From the NCBI GenBank assembly GCA_016719885.1, contig JADJYF010000010.1:64814-128813 (forward strand): DNA of 64,000 nt, read 5' to 3'. Every line of letters starts with the position of its first letter. The stretch's first letter is position 1. The notes beneath the pieces are model-generated. The model searched no databases and had not been told where the DNA came from. It worked only from the letters and a program-made list of their open reading frames with translations. This DNA is from Pseudomonadota bacterium. GTDB taxonomy: Bacteria; Pseudomonadota; Gammaproteobacteria; Ga0077536. Position numbers and translations under genes: made by a program. This document shows, in pieces, positions 1 through 10,314 of the stretch.

Positions 1-647
1 CCTACTACCAGAGCCCCGAGCTCGACACCACGCTCGCGCCGTGGAACACCTGGGAAGATTATTTCGCCATCACCGCCAAGGAAGCGGGCTTCGAGCAGGC
101 CTGTCAGCGCGGCTTCGCCGAGGCACGCGAGGTGATCCCGGCCGAATTGTTCAAACACGAAAAGGCCATCTGGCCGGCGACGGTCGATGCCATCGCCCTG
201 CACAGCCACCTGCCACGCATGCTGGTGCATTCCGACGTGCACTTGAAGAACTGGTATATCGCCGCGCCCGACCGCATGGGCCTCACCGACTGGCAGTGCT
301 CGTGCAAGGGCCATTGGAGCCGCGATCTTTCCTACGGCATCTCGACTGCACTCACAGTCGAGCAGCGCCGCGCGTGGGAAAAGGATCTCCTGAAGTACTA
401 CCTCGACCTCATGCGCGAAAAGGGTGTGCCGGCCATCGACTTCGACGAAGCGTGGCTGGCCTATCGCGCACAGATGTTCGGTGCGCTGGCGTGGTGGACC
501 GGCACCCTCGGCCAGCCGCCGGAAGCGCCGGCCATGCAGCCGCGCGCCGCCAGCCTCACCTTCATCGAGCGCATGGCGCACGCCGTCCACGACCTCGATT
601 CGCTGGCAGCGGTGGCGAGTTCCAAGCGGCGCTACATGGGTGCTTGA
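1..647 (+). CDS. Phosphotransferase-family (APH/choline-kinase fold) protein, C-terminal part; gene begins upstream of the window
   Basis: The frame is open from the window edge. Catalytic-loop motif HSDVHLKNW (HxDxxxxN) and downstream 'DW' motif. Paralogous to the two other kinases in the window. Confidence 0.6.
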   Translation, partial: YYQSPELDTTLAPWNTWEDYFAITAKEAGFEQACQRGFAEAREVIPAELFKHEKAIWPATVDAIALHSHLPRMLVHSDVHLKNWYIAAPDRMGLTDWQCSCKGHWSRDLSYGISTALTVEQRRAWEKDLLKYYLDLMREKGVPAIDFDEAWLAYRAQMFGALAWWTGTLGQPPEAPAMQPRAASLTFIERMAHAVHDLDSLAAVASSKRRYMGA

Positions 648-1833
648 GACCGACAAGGATCGGCCGGCGCCGGCCGCCATCGCGGCGCTGCGCGCGCGCT
701 TCGCCTGTGAGCCCGAGATCGATCGGATCCTCACGCGCAAGCTCGAACAACGTGCCGGGCCCGGCTACCTGCATCGCGACCTCGCCACCCTGCTGGCCGG
801 CAGCGCGGCGCTGATCCGTGAGCAGGTCGGCGACGACTTCACGATCAGCGACGCGCGCTGGCTGACCGGCGGCGCGTCGAAACTGCAGATGGCGTTCACG
901 CTCGGGTGGACGCCGCCCGGCGAGCCGCGTCGCAACAGTGCGATGGTGCTGCGCATGCAGCCGGCCGAATCGGTGGTCGAGAGCAGTCGGCGGCGCGAAT
1001 ACGAAGTGCTGGCCGCCATGCAGGGCATCGTGCCGGTACCGCCGGTGTACTGGGTCGATGACGAGGCGCGCCACCTGCCCTATCCCGCCATCATCTACGG
1101 CTTCGTCGACGGCGTGACCAAGCCGCGCGACGCCACCAGCCAGGCCAGCGGCATGGGCACGCAACTCGCGGCGCACTGGCGCGACAGTCTCGGCCCGCAA
1201 TTCGTCTCCGCCATCGCGCGCGTGCATCGTACCGACGTGGCGCGGCTGCCGCTGCCGAGCTATGAGAAGCACGCGCCCGGCCTCGATTGCATCGAGCGCA
1301 CGCTCAATCATTGGGAACGGGTGTGGGAAGAAGACGCCGACGAAGACGTGCCGCTCATGCGCCTGGCCTGCGCGTGGCTGCGCCGGCACAGGCCGGCCTG
1401 CGCGCGACCGGCGCTGCTGCACGGCGACTATCGCATGGGCAACTTCCTGTTCACCGAGCACGACGCGCGCATCACCGCCATCCTCGATTGGGAAATGGCG
1501 CGCATCGGCGACCCGCACGCCGACCTCGCCTGGGCCATGAACCCCGCCTACGGCCTGCGCGCCGAAGACGGCAAGACCTGGCTGGTGGCGGGCCTCGTAC
1601 CGGAACGCGAATTCCTGGCGCGTTACCAGGACGAGAGCGGGGTGCGCGTGGACCCGGCCACCTTGCATTACTACCGGGTGCTGTGCGGCTGGGTGCAGGG
1701 TGTGATCGCGCTCGGCACAGCGTGGCGCATCGCCCACAACGCCAAAACCCACCAGGACGTATTGATGGCCTGGATCGTCGGCATCGGTCCCAAGCTCCTC
1801 GCTGAGCTGCGCGCGCTGCTGGCGGAAGGCTGA
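640..1833 (+). CDS. Phosphotransferase-family protein (APH fold; the type often linked to acyl-CoA dehydrogenases)
   Basis: Motifs LTGGASKLQMAF (nucleotide-binding loop-like), LLHGDYRMGNFLF (HGD catalytic loop) and ILDWEMARIGDPHADLAW. The start at a GTG overlapping the previous stop is a guess. The ORF track opens at 424. Confidence 0.6.
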   Translation: MLETDKDRPAPAAIAALRARFACEPEIDRILTRKLEQRAGPGYLHRDLATLLAGSAALIREQVGDDFTISDARWLTGGASKLQMAFTLGWTPPGEPRRNSAMVLRMQPAESVVESSRRREYEVLAAMQGIVPVPPVYWVDDEARHLPYPAIIYGFVDGVTKPRDATSQASGMGTQLAAHWRDSLGPQFVSAIARVHRTDVARLPLPSYEKHAPGLDCIERTLNHWERVWEEDADEDVPLMRLACAWLRRHRPACARPALLHGDYRMGNFLFTEHDARITAILDWEMARIGDPHADLAWAMNPAYGLRAEDGKTWLVAGLVPEREFLARYQDESGVRVDPATLHYYRVLCGWVQGVIALGTAWRIAHNAKTHQDVLMAWIVGIGPKLLAELRALLAEG

Positions 1834-1849
1834 TCGCGGAGCAACCTTC

Positions 1850-2356
1850 ATGCAACTACGCGCCGACCTTCAACTCGCCACCGCCATCCGCGCGCTCACC
1901 GAAGTGGTGCTGCCGGCCGTCGATGCCGACAACGCGCTGGCCGTCGAACAAACCCAGGTCGTGATCGGCATGCTGCAGCTGATGGCGGCGCGGCTGCCGC
2001 TGCAGTACCGCTACGACTGCGATGAGTTGGCGCGCCTGCTCACACTGTGTCGAGCACTGCAGCCTTATGACGACGACGGCGGGCTGGCGGGCGCCACCCA
2101 CGCCGGCGCCGAGGTGCTGGCGCGCGCACGGGCCACGCCACAGGAGATCCTCGACGCCATACACGGCCTGCGTACGCTGAGCGGCGCGGTGGTGAGTAGC
2201 GCCTATCGCGATGGCGACGACGCGGCGCGCGCCGCGCTATCGGCGCTGGTGCTCACTCATGCCGATGAGCAGTTGCTGCGGGAACGCGCGTGGTTCGCGC
2301 CGCAGGGTTGGGAACTCGAGCCGGACGGTGTACCGCCGCTCGAGGATTTGGTGTAA
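1850..2356 (+). CDS. Hypothetical 168-aa protein, paralog of CDS 3409..3915
   Basis: Clean ORF directly after the kinase. The N-terminus LRADLQLATAIRALTEVVLPAVDADNALAVEQ aligns with LDLRLKSVLKALTDVILPALPADERMAREQ of the minus-strand paralog. The two are the same length (168 aa). Confidence 0.5.
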   Translation: MQLRADLQLATAIRALTEVVLPAVDADNALAVEQTQVVIGMLQLMAARLPLQYRYDCDELARLLTLCRALQPYDDDGGLAGATHAGAEVLARARATPQEILDAIHGLRTLSGAVVSSAYRDGDDAARAALSALVLTHADEQLLRERAWFAPQGWELEPDGVPPLEDLV

Positions 2357-2393
2357 GGGCGCTGCGCATGATCGACTCGCCCTTGCGGTATGA

Positions 2394-2460
2394 ATGTCAG
2401 GCTGAAGCCTGACCCACAATGAATACCCTCTCGACCGTGGGTCAGGCTTCAGCCTGACAT
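2394..2460. repeat. Nested palindromic REP-like element (family A): two 24-nt arms, each containing the hairpin GTCAGGCT-GA/TC-AGCCTGAC
   Basis: The arm atgtcaggctgaagcctgacccac and its exact reverse complement gtgggtcaggcttcagcctgacat are separated by 19 nt. It lies between convergent genes. A related copy is at 40964..41040. Confidence 0.6.
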
Positions 2461-2463
2461 CGG

Positions 2464-2582
<119 letters not shown>

Positions 2583-2595
2583 GAATCCAGACGCC

Positions 2596-3366
2596 TCAAA
2601 ACCCGATCTGCGCGCCACCATCCACGTTCAGATGCTGGCCGGTGATATAGCTGGCCGCGTCGGACAACAGGAAGCAACAGGGCTCAGCCACTTCCGCCGG
2701 CTGCGCGATGCGGCCCATGGGGATGCCGGCCATGGTGCGTTCGATGAACTTGGGACTGCGGATGACTTCGGTCATGGGCGTTTCCACCGCGCCGAAGCAC
2801 ACGCTGTTGACGCCGATGTTGAAGCGCGCCCATTCGCGCGCCGCGCTCATGGTGATGCCCAGCACGCCGGACTTGGCGGCGCCGTAATTGATCTGGCCGA
2901 TGGTGCCGCGGCGGCCGGCGATGGACGACACGTTGACGATGCGACGCGACGCCACTTCGCCGGCCTCGGCGCGCTCCAGCATGTGCCGGCCGACCGCCTG
3001 CAGACAGTGGAAAACGCCGGTGAGATTGACATCGATGACCGCCTGCCAGTCGGCCAGCGACATCTTGTGGATCATGGCCGTGCGGATGATGCCGGCGTTG
3101 TTGAACAGGCCGTTGATGGTGCCGTGCCTGGCCACCACTGCTTCGACCATGCCCTGCACGAACGCCGGGTCCGCGACGCTGCCGGCGTGCACGTCGGCCT
3201 GGCCGCCGACCAGCTCCGCGGTTTCACGCGCGCCATCGCCGTTGATGTCGACCAGCACCAGGCGCGCGCCGAGGCTGGCGGCCTTCAAGGCCACGCCACG
3301 GCCGATGCCTTGCGCGGCGCCGGTCACGATGATCACGCGGTCGGTGAGATTCATTGGGTTTTCCAT
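2596..3366 (-). CDS. SDR-family oxidoreductase (FabG-like)
   Basis: TGAAQGIG Rossmann motif, NNAG, and catalytic S...YxxxK (YGAAK). A GGAGAG ribosome-binding site lies ahead of the chosen ATG. The ORF track extends to 3396. Confidence 0.75.
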   Translation of the reverse strand: MENPMNLTDRVIIVTGAAQGIGRGVALKAASLGARLVLVDINGDGARETAELVGGQADVHAGSVADPAFVQGMVEAVVARHGTINGLFNNAGIIRTAMIHKMSLADWQAVIDVNLTGVFHCLQAVGRHMLERAEAGEVASRRIVNVSSIAGRRGTIGQINYGAAKSGVLGITMSAAREWARFNIGVNSVCFGAVETPMTEVIRSPKFIERTMAGIPMGRIAQPAEVAEPCCFLLSDAASYITGQHLNVDGGAQIGF

Positions 3367-3408
3367 GGCGGTTCGCTCTCCGGAAGGGAATGACAAGGGG
3401 TTTGGCGT

Positions 3409-3915
3409 TCAGGGTTCGAACAGCGCGGCGATGGGCGGCAGCCGGCTGGCGTCCGGGTCGAGACCGGCGGCGCCGTGCCAGATGCGTTCGCGCTCGGCGC
3501 GACGCGCGTTGTAACGCAGCACCGCGGCGGTCATCGCCGGCGTGAGGCGTTCCGCGTGATGGGGCGCCAGCAGGCGATCGATGACGGCCTTGAGCGCGCG
3601 ATGGGCGTGGCTCACGGCATCGTAATCGCCGCGATCAACCTCCGCCGCTGCGGCAAGAGCCGCGATCAAGTCGTCGCCCAGCGTACTGTCGTAGTTCATG
3701 CCCGCGAGATCGCTGGCGAGTTCACAGGCCAGCGCCAGGTTGCTGAGCTCGAGCTTGAGCGCATGCTTCCATTGCGCGGCGATGATGTCGAGGTGGCCGA
3801 GTACCAGCCGCGCCTGTTCGCGCGCCATGCGCTCGTCGGCCGGCAGCGCCGGCAAGATGACGTCGGTCAGCGCCTTCAGCACCGATTTCAACCTGAGATC
3901 GAGATCCGGGTTCAT
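3409..3915 (-). CDS. Hypothetical 168-aa protein, paralog of CDS 1850..2356
   Basis: Internal Met MNPDLDLRLK chosen as start. The start overlaps the upstream kinase stop (ATGA). Sequence similarity to the plus-strand 168-aa ORF. Confidence 0.5.
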   Translation of the reverse strand: MNPDLDLRLKSVLKALTDVILPALPADERMAREQARLVLGHLDIIAAQWKHALKLELSNLALACELASDLAGMNYDSTLGDDLIAALAAAAEVDRGDYDAVSHAHRALKAVIDRLLAPHHAERLTPAMTAAVLRYNARRAERERIWHGAAGLDPDASRLPPIAALFEP

Positions 3916-5123
3916 GCGCAAGCCGCTCCCAGGAGTTCGTCGAGCTGGGCCATGAATACCGCCGAGCCGAAAGCCATCCAGGTCAGCACCAGGTCCTGGT
4001 GGCTCTGGCTCTCGAGCGCCGCGCGACACGCTGAGCTGTTATTGATGATGATGCACTTCCAGGCGTTGAGGATCTCGTAGTAGCGGATGGTGTCGGGATT
4101 GATGGTGACGCCGGCCGCCTGCGCATAGCGTTCGAAGAAATCCGCGCGCGTCATCAGTCCCGAGATCAAGAGCTCGCCATCCTCACGCGGCGTGCCGAAC
4201 AGCCGTTGCACGCTCCACGCGAGATCTTCATGAAAATCGCCGAGGTGCGCGAGCTCCCAGTCCAGCACCGCGCTGAAATCGCCGCTCGGTTCGACGAACA
4301 TGAAGTTGCCGATGCGATAGTCGCCGTGCACGACCACCGGCTGCGCACACACCGGCGCGTTTTCCCTGAGCCAGCGTTCGACCAGTGTCACCAGCGGCTC
4401 GGGCTCGACCAGGTCCTGCTGCCAGACCCGCGCCCACCAGTTGACCTGGCGCAGCGCCGCCTGGCAGGTGCCGGCCGCCGGCGCGTCGAAATAGGAAAGC
4501 TCGGCGCGGCGCCAATCGAAGGCGTGGATGCGCGCAAGATTCGCCACGAACTGTGGCGCGAGTCTGGCAATCCAGTGCTCGAAGCGGATGCCGACCCCGG
4601 TCACGGCCTTGGCCGCGACGTCGGTGGGCGCGGTGTTGCCGGCCACCATGCCGGTGATGAGCCCCGGCTGGCCAAGATGCTCGCCATCGGCATCGACGAA
4701 GCGCAGCGGCGGCACCGGCACCGTGCCGGCGAAGGCCGCCAGCAGCTGCGCTTCGCGACCGCGACAGGTCTCGACGATGCCCATCCACGGATCCATGCGC
4801 AACACCAGGCGCTCGGGCGCCGGCGACGCGGCATGGCTCAATGTAAAGGCGAACTGTTCTTTCGACGCGCCGCCCGTCATGCGCGCGAGAGAGCTGATGC
4901 TGACATCGCGCAGGCCTTCATGCGCGAATAGCGCGGTCAATTGCGCTGTGACTTCGGCAACGCTGCGCGCGCCATAGCCGCCGTGGCCACGGCGCGCCAT
5001 CTTGCGCGCCAGCACGTGCACGATGCGCGGCTCGATGTCATCGCGGTTCCAGCGCGTGGCGTCGGCGTCGTCCGATCGCTGCGTAGTCGCCGTCACCACG
5101 TGGCTACAGTTTGCCGGCCGCAC
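3912..5123 (-). CDS. Phosphotransferase-family protein (APH fold)
   Basis: Motifs MTGGASKEQFAFTL, VVVHGDYRIGNFMF and LDWELAHLGDFHEDLAW. Collinear similarity to CDS 640..1833. Confidence 0.65.
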   Translation of the reverse strand: MRPANCSHVVTATTQRSDDADATRWNRDDIEPRIVHVLARKMARRGHGGYGARSVAEVTAQLTALFAHEGLRDVSISSLARMTGGASKEQFAFTLSHAASPAPERLVLRMDPWMGIVETCRGREAQLLAAFAGTVPVPPLRFVDADGEHLGQPGLITGMVAGNTAPTDVAAKAVTGVGIRFEHWIARLAPQFVANLARIHAFDWRRAELSYFDAPAAGTCQAALRQVNWWARVWQQDLVEPEPLVTLVERWLRENAPVCAQPVVVHGDYRIGNFMFVEPSGDFSAVLDWELAHLGDFHEDLAWSVQRLFGTPREDGELLISGLMTRADFFERYAQAAGVTINPDTIRYYEILNAWKCIIINNSSACRAALESQSHQDLVLTWMAFGSAVFMAQLDELLGAACA

Positions 5124-6108
5124 GCAGGCGCAGGTAGGTATCGTAGAACCAGCCTTCCTGGATCTCGCCGTAGCCGACGCGACCGTCGGCCGCCACGTAG
5201 CGGTTCATGACGTTCGGCACGCCCACGCAGCCATAGGGTTCCCACAGCCCCGACGCGACCGGCGCGCCGAGGAAGCGATGGCTCACGCCGCGCACGTCGG
5301 TGGCATGGATCTCGTAATGCGCGCCCCAAATGCCATCGCGGGTGACGATGACCTTGCCGGCGGTGCAACCATGCACCTTGCCTTGGTCGAGCACGAAACC
5401 ATGGGCGAAGCTGTGTTGCGCGTCGGCGGCGCCGTCGTAGTTCATCGACCAGATGGCATGGAAGGCGTAGTCCTCACCGAAGATCGCGTGCAGCCAGGCC
5501 ATCGGTTGCAGCGCGCGCTCCGGCCGTACGCCCCACGAGCGGTCCATGCAGTCGACATAGTCGATGGCGTAGGGCTTGCCGCGCACCGTGAGCTGGCCGC
5601 GGATGCGCACCAGCTGATCGTAATGCCCGCCATAGGCGGCGCCGTAACCCGAACTCGCGGCACGCCCCTGCTCGGAGTCGGCCGCCATCGGGTCCATGCT
5701 CGGGTCGTGGATGTCATAGGCCGGCATGATGGCCTCGGCGTCGAGCTCGAAGCGCGTGTCGTCGATGCCTTCGTAGCTCACGCGGTAGCGCTCGGGCCCC
5801 GCGCTGAGATCGCAGGACAACCCGCTCGGCAGCGTGAACTTGTTGAATTCCGCCGGCGCCGGGACCTGGGTCTGGTTGTCGCTGTACAGCGCGTCGAGCC
5901 GTGAGCGGCCGAGACCCTGGTAGATCTTGACGTCGCTGGTGGTGACGCCGACGCCCGGACGCGCCATCACGTAGGCGCTGCCGAACAGGCCGAGCTCCGG
6001 CACCGCGAACGGCATGTAGAAGGTCTCGGCCCAGGAGTGACGCGTGGCGGCATCGGTCAGATTGGCCATCGCCTCCGGGTGATAGCTCATGTCCCTCGGT
6101 GTGATCAT
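5104..6108 (-). CDS. Conserved hypothetical protein (334 aa)
   Basis: Long ORF with typical composition and no recognisable motif. Its stop overlaps the start of the downstream kinase by 20 nt. Confidence 0.45.
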   Translation of the reverse strand: MITPRDMSYHPEAMANLTDAATRHSWAETFYMPFAVPELGLFGSAYVMARPGVGVTTSDVKIYQGLGRSRLDALYSDNQTQVPAPAEFNKFTLPSGLSCDLSAGPERYRVSYEGIDDTRFELDAEAIMPAYDIHDPSMDPMAADSEQGRAASSGYGAAYGGHYDQLVRIRGQLTVRGKPYAIDYVDCMDRSWGVRPERALQPMAWLHAIFGEDYAFHAIWSMNYDGAADAQHSFAHGFVLDQGKVHGCTAGKVIVTRDGIWGAHYEIHATDVRGVSHRFLGAPVASGLWEPYGCVGVPNVMNRYVAADGRVGYGEIQEGWFYDTYLRLRAAGKL

Positions 6109-6174
6109 GGAATGCTCCGCTTGCGCTTGGCGTGGCTGTGATGGAAGTGCGTGGAGAACGTGGCGCGGGCGCGG

Positions 6175-7251
6175 TCAGGCGAGATCCTGGCGCGCGAGGC
6201 CATGCCGGCCATCGAGAAACTTGTCGAAATGCACATGATCCGCGGCGATGCCCAGCGCGCTCAGCAGCGGCAGGGCGGCATCGATCATCGGCGGTGGGCC
6301 GCACAGATAGGCCTCGGTGTCGGCTGCGATCAAACTTTGCGCGGCGCTCGCGATGTGTTCGGTGACGAGCCCGCGTGCGCCTTGCCAAGCGGCATCGGCG
6401 GCGGCGTCGGACAACACCGGCACGAAGCTGAAGGCGCCGTTCCAGCGCGCGGCGATGGCATCGATGGCGTCCCGCGCGTAGAGATCGGCCTGGGTGCGCG
6501 CGCCGAACAGCAGTACACAGTTGCGCCCGACCTCGCGCGCCGTGGCACTCTCCAGCATGGCCAGCAAGGGCGCGAGGCCGCTGCCGCCGGCAATGCAGAT
6601 CATGGGCGCGCGGCTGTCGCGCAGCCAGAAATTGCCGGCGGGCCCGTGGATCTTGATGGGCATATCGGCGAGATGCCCGGCGAACAGCAGTTCGGTGAAC
6701 TCACCTTCGGGCACGCGGCGCACGAACAATTCGATGGTCGAATTGCCGGCCGCGGCGGGCGCCATGGCCAGCGAATAGGCACGCGCGCCGAACACCGCAT
6801 CGACGGCCAGTTGCACGTACTGGCCGGCGTCGAAGCGCAGCGGCCGATCCAGCGTCAAGGTGACACGCTTGATGTCGTGCGTGAGGTCCTGGAGCGCGGT
6901 GATGCGCCCGATGAAATCGCCGGCCGGATTGAGGCGCTTCGCTTCCAGGCCCGGCACCTCCAGCACCACGTCGGTCTTGGCGCCCGCCTGGCAGGCGAGC
7001 ACCACGTTGTCGCGCAGTTCCTCGGCCGACAGCACGTAGGCGAAATTGGTGATCTCGCGAATCTTGCCGGACTTGAGAAGGCACTTGCACGAACCGCAGG
7101 TGCCGACCGTGCAGCTATGGGGAAAGGCGATACCCTCCGCGAGCGCGGCCTCGAGTATGGATTGATGACGTTTGACCTCGAAGGCGACGCCCGAAGGTTG
7201 CACCGTCACCTTGCTGACGCTCTGTCCGAACAGCGCGCTCAAAATCCCCAT
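6175..7251 (-). CDS. Oxygenase reductase component: N-terminal plant-type 2Fe-2S ferredoxin fused to an FAD/NAD(P)-binding ferredoxin-reductase domain
   Basis: Cys cluster CTVGTCGSCKC plus a later Cys, RAYS FAD motif, and GGSGLAP NAD-binding motif. This is the BenC/XylA/MmoC-type architecture. Confidence 0.7.
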   Translation of the reverse strand: MGILSALFGQSVSKVTVQPSGVAFEVKRHQSILEAALAEGIAFPHSCTVGTCGSCKCLLKSGKIREITNFAYVLSAEELRDNVVLACQAGAKTDVVLEVPGLEAKRLNPAGDFIGRITALQDLTHDIKRVTLTLDRPLRFDAGQYVQLAVDAVFGARAYSLAMAPAAAGNSTIELFVRRVPEGEFTELLFAGHLADMPIKIHGPAGNFWLRDSRAPMICIAGGSGLAPLLAMLESATAREVGRNCVLLFGARTQADLYARDAIDAIAARWNGAFSFVPVLSDAAADAAWQGARGLVTEHIASAAQSLIAADTEAYLCGPPPMIDAALPLLSALGIAADHVHFDKFLDGRHGLARQDLA

Positions 7252-7386
7252 GGCCAGTCGCTCCCCCGCGATCGCCTGATTGTATTTCCAGAAGCCGGGC
7301 CAAAAGCTAACATACCGTACGCATGATTACGATTTTTTTTCGAGCCGTCGTCGGCGACGGATCTGTAAGGGGGAGAGACGGCGACA

Positions 7387-8955
7387 ATGTGGGTCTACAA
7401 GGAAATCCGGACGCTCGGCGACTACCTCGATTACTACGCCCGCCATGCGCCGACGCGCACGGCGCTGGTCTATGAAGGCCATCTGACGAGCTACGGCGAA
7501 CTCGACGAGCAGGCCCGGCGCCTCGCCCATGGCATGCGCGCGGCCGGCGTCACGAGCGGTGCGCGCGTGGTTTACCTCGGCAAGAACTCCGATGATTTCT
7601 TCCTCGCCCTGTTCGGCACCGTCAAGGCAGGCGCCTGTTTCTGTCCGCTCAACTGGCGTTTGTCGCCACCGGAGCTGTGCCGCGTGCTGGCCGATTCGGA
7701 AGCCTCGTTCGCGTTCGTCGAACCGGAATTCGCGACGCTGTGGGCGAGCATGGTCGAAGCGACCAATCTCGACATCACTGTCCAGGAAGTCGATCGCGCA
7801 CGCGGCGCGGACGATCCGCTGCGTCGCTGGCTGGGCGGTTTCGACAGCGCGCCGCTGCCGGCGGTGGCCATGGAAGCCGGCGCCATACAGCTCTACACCT
7901 CGGGCACCACGGGTGATCCCAAGGGCGTGGTGCTCACCCACGACAACTTCAATCACATGCGCCTGTGCGAGCATTTCGAAGCGGCCTTCGAATGGAAGCC
8001 GGAAGACCGCTTCCTGGTCGCGCTGCCGAACTTCCACCTGCTCGCCATCGGCCTGTCGCTGCAGTCGATGTACAACGGCATGGCGGTGGTGATCGACAGG
8101 CAGTTCGAGCCGGGCGCCGCCCTTGAGTCGATTTCCACGCAGAGGCCGACCATCACCGCGTTCGCGCCGGCCATGATCCAGATGCTGCTCGATCACCCGC
8201 AGGCGGCGCAGGCCGATTTCTCGTCGCTGCGTCTCGTGATGTATGCCGGCTCGCCGATTTCGCTCGGGCTCATCAAGCGCGCCATCGTCGCCATGCCCTG
8301 CCGCTTCATGCAGTTCTACGGCGCGACCGAGACCTCCGGCGCCGTCACGCTGCTGCGTCCGGCGGAGCACAACCTCGAACGCGAGGACAAGCTCAAGGCC
8401 TGCGGCAAACCGCTGCCGCTGATTGAACTGCGTATCGTCGACGAGCACGGGCAGGATGTGGCCGACGGCCAACCGGGCGAGCTATGGATCCGTTCTCCCT
8501 CCCTCGCCAGCGGTTACTGGAAGAAGCCGGAAATCACCGCGTCGGTGTTCGAGCAGGGCTGGTATCACAGCGGCGATATCGCGATCCGCGACGAGGAAGG
8601 GCTTTACTACATTCACGATCGCCTGAAGGACATGATCGTGTCGGGTGGCGAGAACATTTATTCGACCGAAATAGAATCGGTGCTCTCGACCCACGCCGCG
8701 GTGGCGGTCGCCGCCGTCATCGGCGTGCCCGATGCGCGCTGGGGCGAAGCGGTGAAAGCCTGCGTGGTGGTCAAGCCCGGCATGAGCGTCAGCGCCGATG
8801 AACTCATCGACTACTGCCGGCCGCGCCTGGCCGGCTACAAGCTGCCGAAGAGCATCGATTTCCACGCCTCGTTTCCCATGACCGGCAGCGGCAAGATTGC
8901 CAAGAAGGAGTTGCGCGAACCGTACTGGGCCGGCCAGGATCGCGGCGTCGGTTGA
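7387..8955 (+). CDS. Acyl-CoA synthetase (AMP-forming, class I adenylate-forming enzyme)
   Basis: YTSGTTGDPKGV AMP-binding motif, GYWKKPE, YHSGD, and C-terminal PMTGSGKIAKKEL. GGAGAG ribosome-binding site upstream. Confidence 0.8.
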   Translation: MWVYKEIRTLGDYLDYYARHAPTRTALVYEGHLTSYGELDEQARRLAHGMRAAGVTSGARVVYLGKNSDDFFLALFGTVKAGACFCPLNWRLSPPELCRVLADSEASFAFVEPEFATLWASMVEATNLDITVQEVDRARGADDPLRRWLGGFDSAPLPAVAMEAGAIQLYTSGTTGDPKGVVLTHDNFNHMRLCEHFEAAFEWKPEDRFLVALPNFHLLAIGLSLQSMYNGMAVVIDRQFEPGAALESISTQRPTITAFAPAMIQMLLDHPQAAQADFSSLRLVMYAGSPISLGLIKRAIVAMPCRFMQFYGATETSGAVTLLRPAEHNLEREDKLKACGKPLPLIELRIVDEHGQDVADGQPGELWIRSPSLASGYWKKPEITASVFEQGWYHSGDIAIRDEEGLYYIHDRLKDMIVSGGENIYSTEIESVLSTHAAVAVAAVIGVPDARWGEAVKACVVVKPGMSVSADELIDYCRPRLAGYKLPKSIDFHASFPMTGSGKIAKKELREPYWAGQDRGVG

Positions 8956-8978
8956 ACATCATCCACGAGGGCGGCGAC

Positions 8979-9350
8979 ATGAGCGAGACGCACGATACCC
9001 AGGCGCTGGTCGAGCGCTGGGCGCGCTATTACAACGATGACGCGACGCGCATGGTGCAGGAATGCTACGCCGCGGACTGCAAGGTCTACCCCATGGGGCT
9101 AGGCGTCATCGAAGGCCGCAAAGGGCTGCAGAAAGTGGAAGACGCGGTGCTCGCCAAGGCGCCTCGGCGTCGCCTGGAAGTGCTGCGCACCCATATCGCG
9201 GGGGACACCGTGTGTGTCGAGTGTGAACTCAAGGACGCCGATCGCGGCGCCGACTGGTCGGTGCCCTTCGTCGCGGTGCTGACCATTCGCGACGGTGAAG
9301 TGATCACCGACCGCACCTATGCCGACTGGAGCCGCTGGCCGGGCCTGTGA
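8979..9350 (+). CDS. SnoaL/NTF2-like small protein
   Basis: About 120 aa. A GAGGG ribosome-binding site precedes the internal ATG. Composition fits the NTF2-like cone fold; this is a weak call. Confidence 0.45.
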   Translation: MSETHDTQALVERWARYYNDDATRMVQECYAADCKVYPMGLGVIEGRKGLQKVEDAVLAKAPRRRLEVLRTHIAGDTVCVECELKDADRGADWSVPFVAVLTIRDGEVITDRTYADWSRWPGL

Positions 9351-9384
9351 ACCGTGGGTGCGCGTTCACGCGCACCTTCATCCG

Positions 9385-10228
9385 CTAGAACAGCACCGGC
9401 AGCGTCAGATGCTCGCGGTAGATGAAATCGCGATGCGCGCTCAAGGCCGCGGTCATGTGCAGTTCGATGTCCGGATCGGCATTGCGATAGGCCGGTCGAT
9501 AGCTGCTTGCCATCGGGCATAGCGCCGGCGGCAGGGGATCGAGCAGCGCGTAGAAGCAGGCCGCGTAGATGTCGAGCGCCGACAGGCTGTCGCCAACGAA
9601 ATATTCAGTGCCGCGCGCGCGGCTGATGGCGAGTTCGGCATCGAGCTTGACCAGGATCTCGATCATGCGCGCCTTGGCGGCCTGCCCCGCCGCCGGGGTG
9701 TAAAGATATTTCTCGCCCAGCGTCTTGCCAGAACGCGTAGTCGGCGCTGCCGGGTTCGGCATTGGCCAACGCCTGGCCGACCAGGATCAGCCGCTTGCTC
9801 CAGCCGAGACCGTTCTCGCCGGCGATTTCATTGATGAGGCCGAACATGCGCACGCGCGCCTCGAAGTCCGTGGGGACGAGGCGCGGCGCGGGCGCCAGTC
9901 GCTCGGCGAGGTTCAACTGGTCTATCCAACTCGAGCGCGGGCGTTCGTCCTCCCAGATGGCCACCGGTGCGCTGGACTGCGCGGTCCAGGCTATCAACTC
10001 GCTGTGGCTGCCGTCGGCGCCGAAGCTGGTTTCCGAGGCGCCCTCGTTTGAACAGCGCACCGGCACATAGGGGATGCCCTTGACGTCGAACAGGGATTTG
10101 CACGATTCGCGCCACGGACCGGGAATGGTGTAGGCGCCCAGGATCAGTCGCAGGCCGCCGAGCTTGCGCGCCTCGGCTATGGATACGTACTCGAGCTTGA
10201 TGTCTTCGAAACCGATGTCGGTCGTCAT
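9385..10228 (-). pseudogene. Glutathione S-transferase-like gene interrupted by a +/-1 frameshift near 9728-9735
   Basis: The N-terminal frame runs MTTDIGF...ADYAFWQ. The C-terminal frame runs (S)GKTLGEKYLYTP...FVGDSLSALDIYAACFYALL and is GST C-domain-like. The two frames are contiguous except for a one-base offset. A GAGAGAGGGG ribosome-binding site precedes the ATG at 10228. Confidence 0.4.
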
Positions 10229-10314
10229 GGCACGATCCCCTCTCTCGCCGCTGCGTGAGAGGAGGATTGCACAAACGCGGCGAAAGAAAAACGCTGCGGA
10301 ATGGAGGTATGAAT

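Noticed and set aside
7252-7386. A hairpin CCGTCG-tcgg-CGACGG next to a T8 run, as a terminator
   Set aside because: The T-run precedes rather than follows the hairpin on the plus strand, and an A-run follows on the minus strand. This more likely belongs to divergent promoter/UP-element DNA for the CoA-ligase gene.
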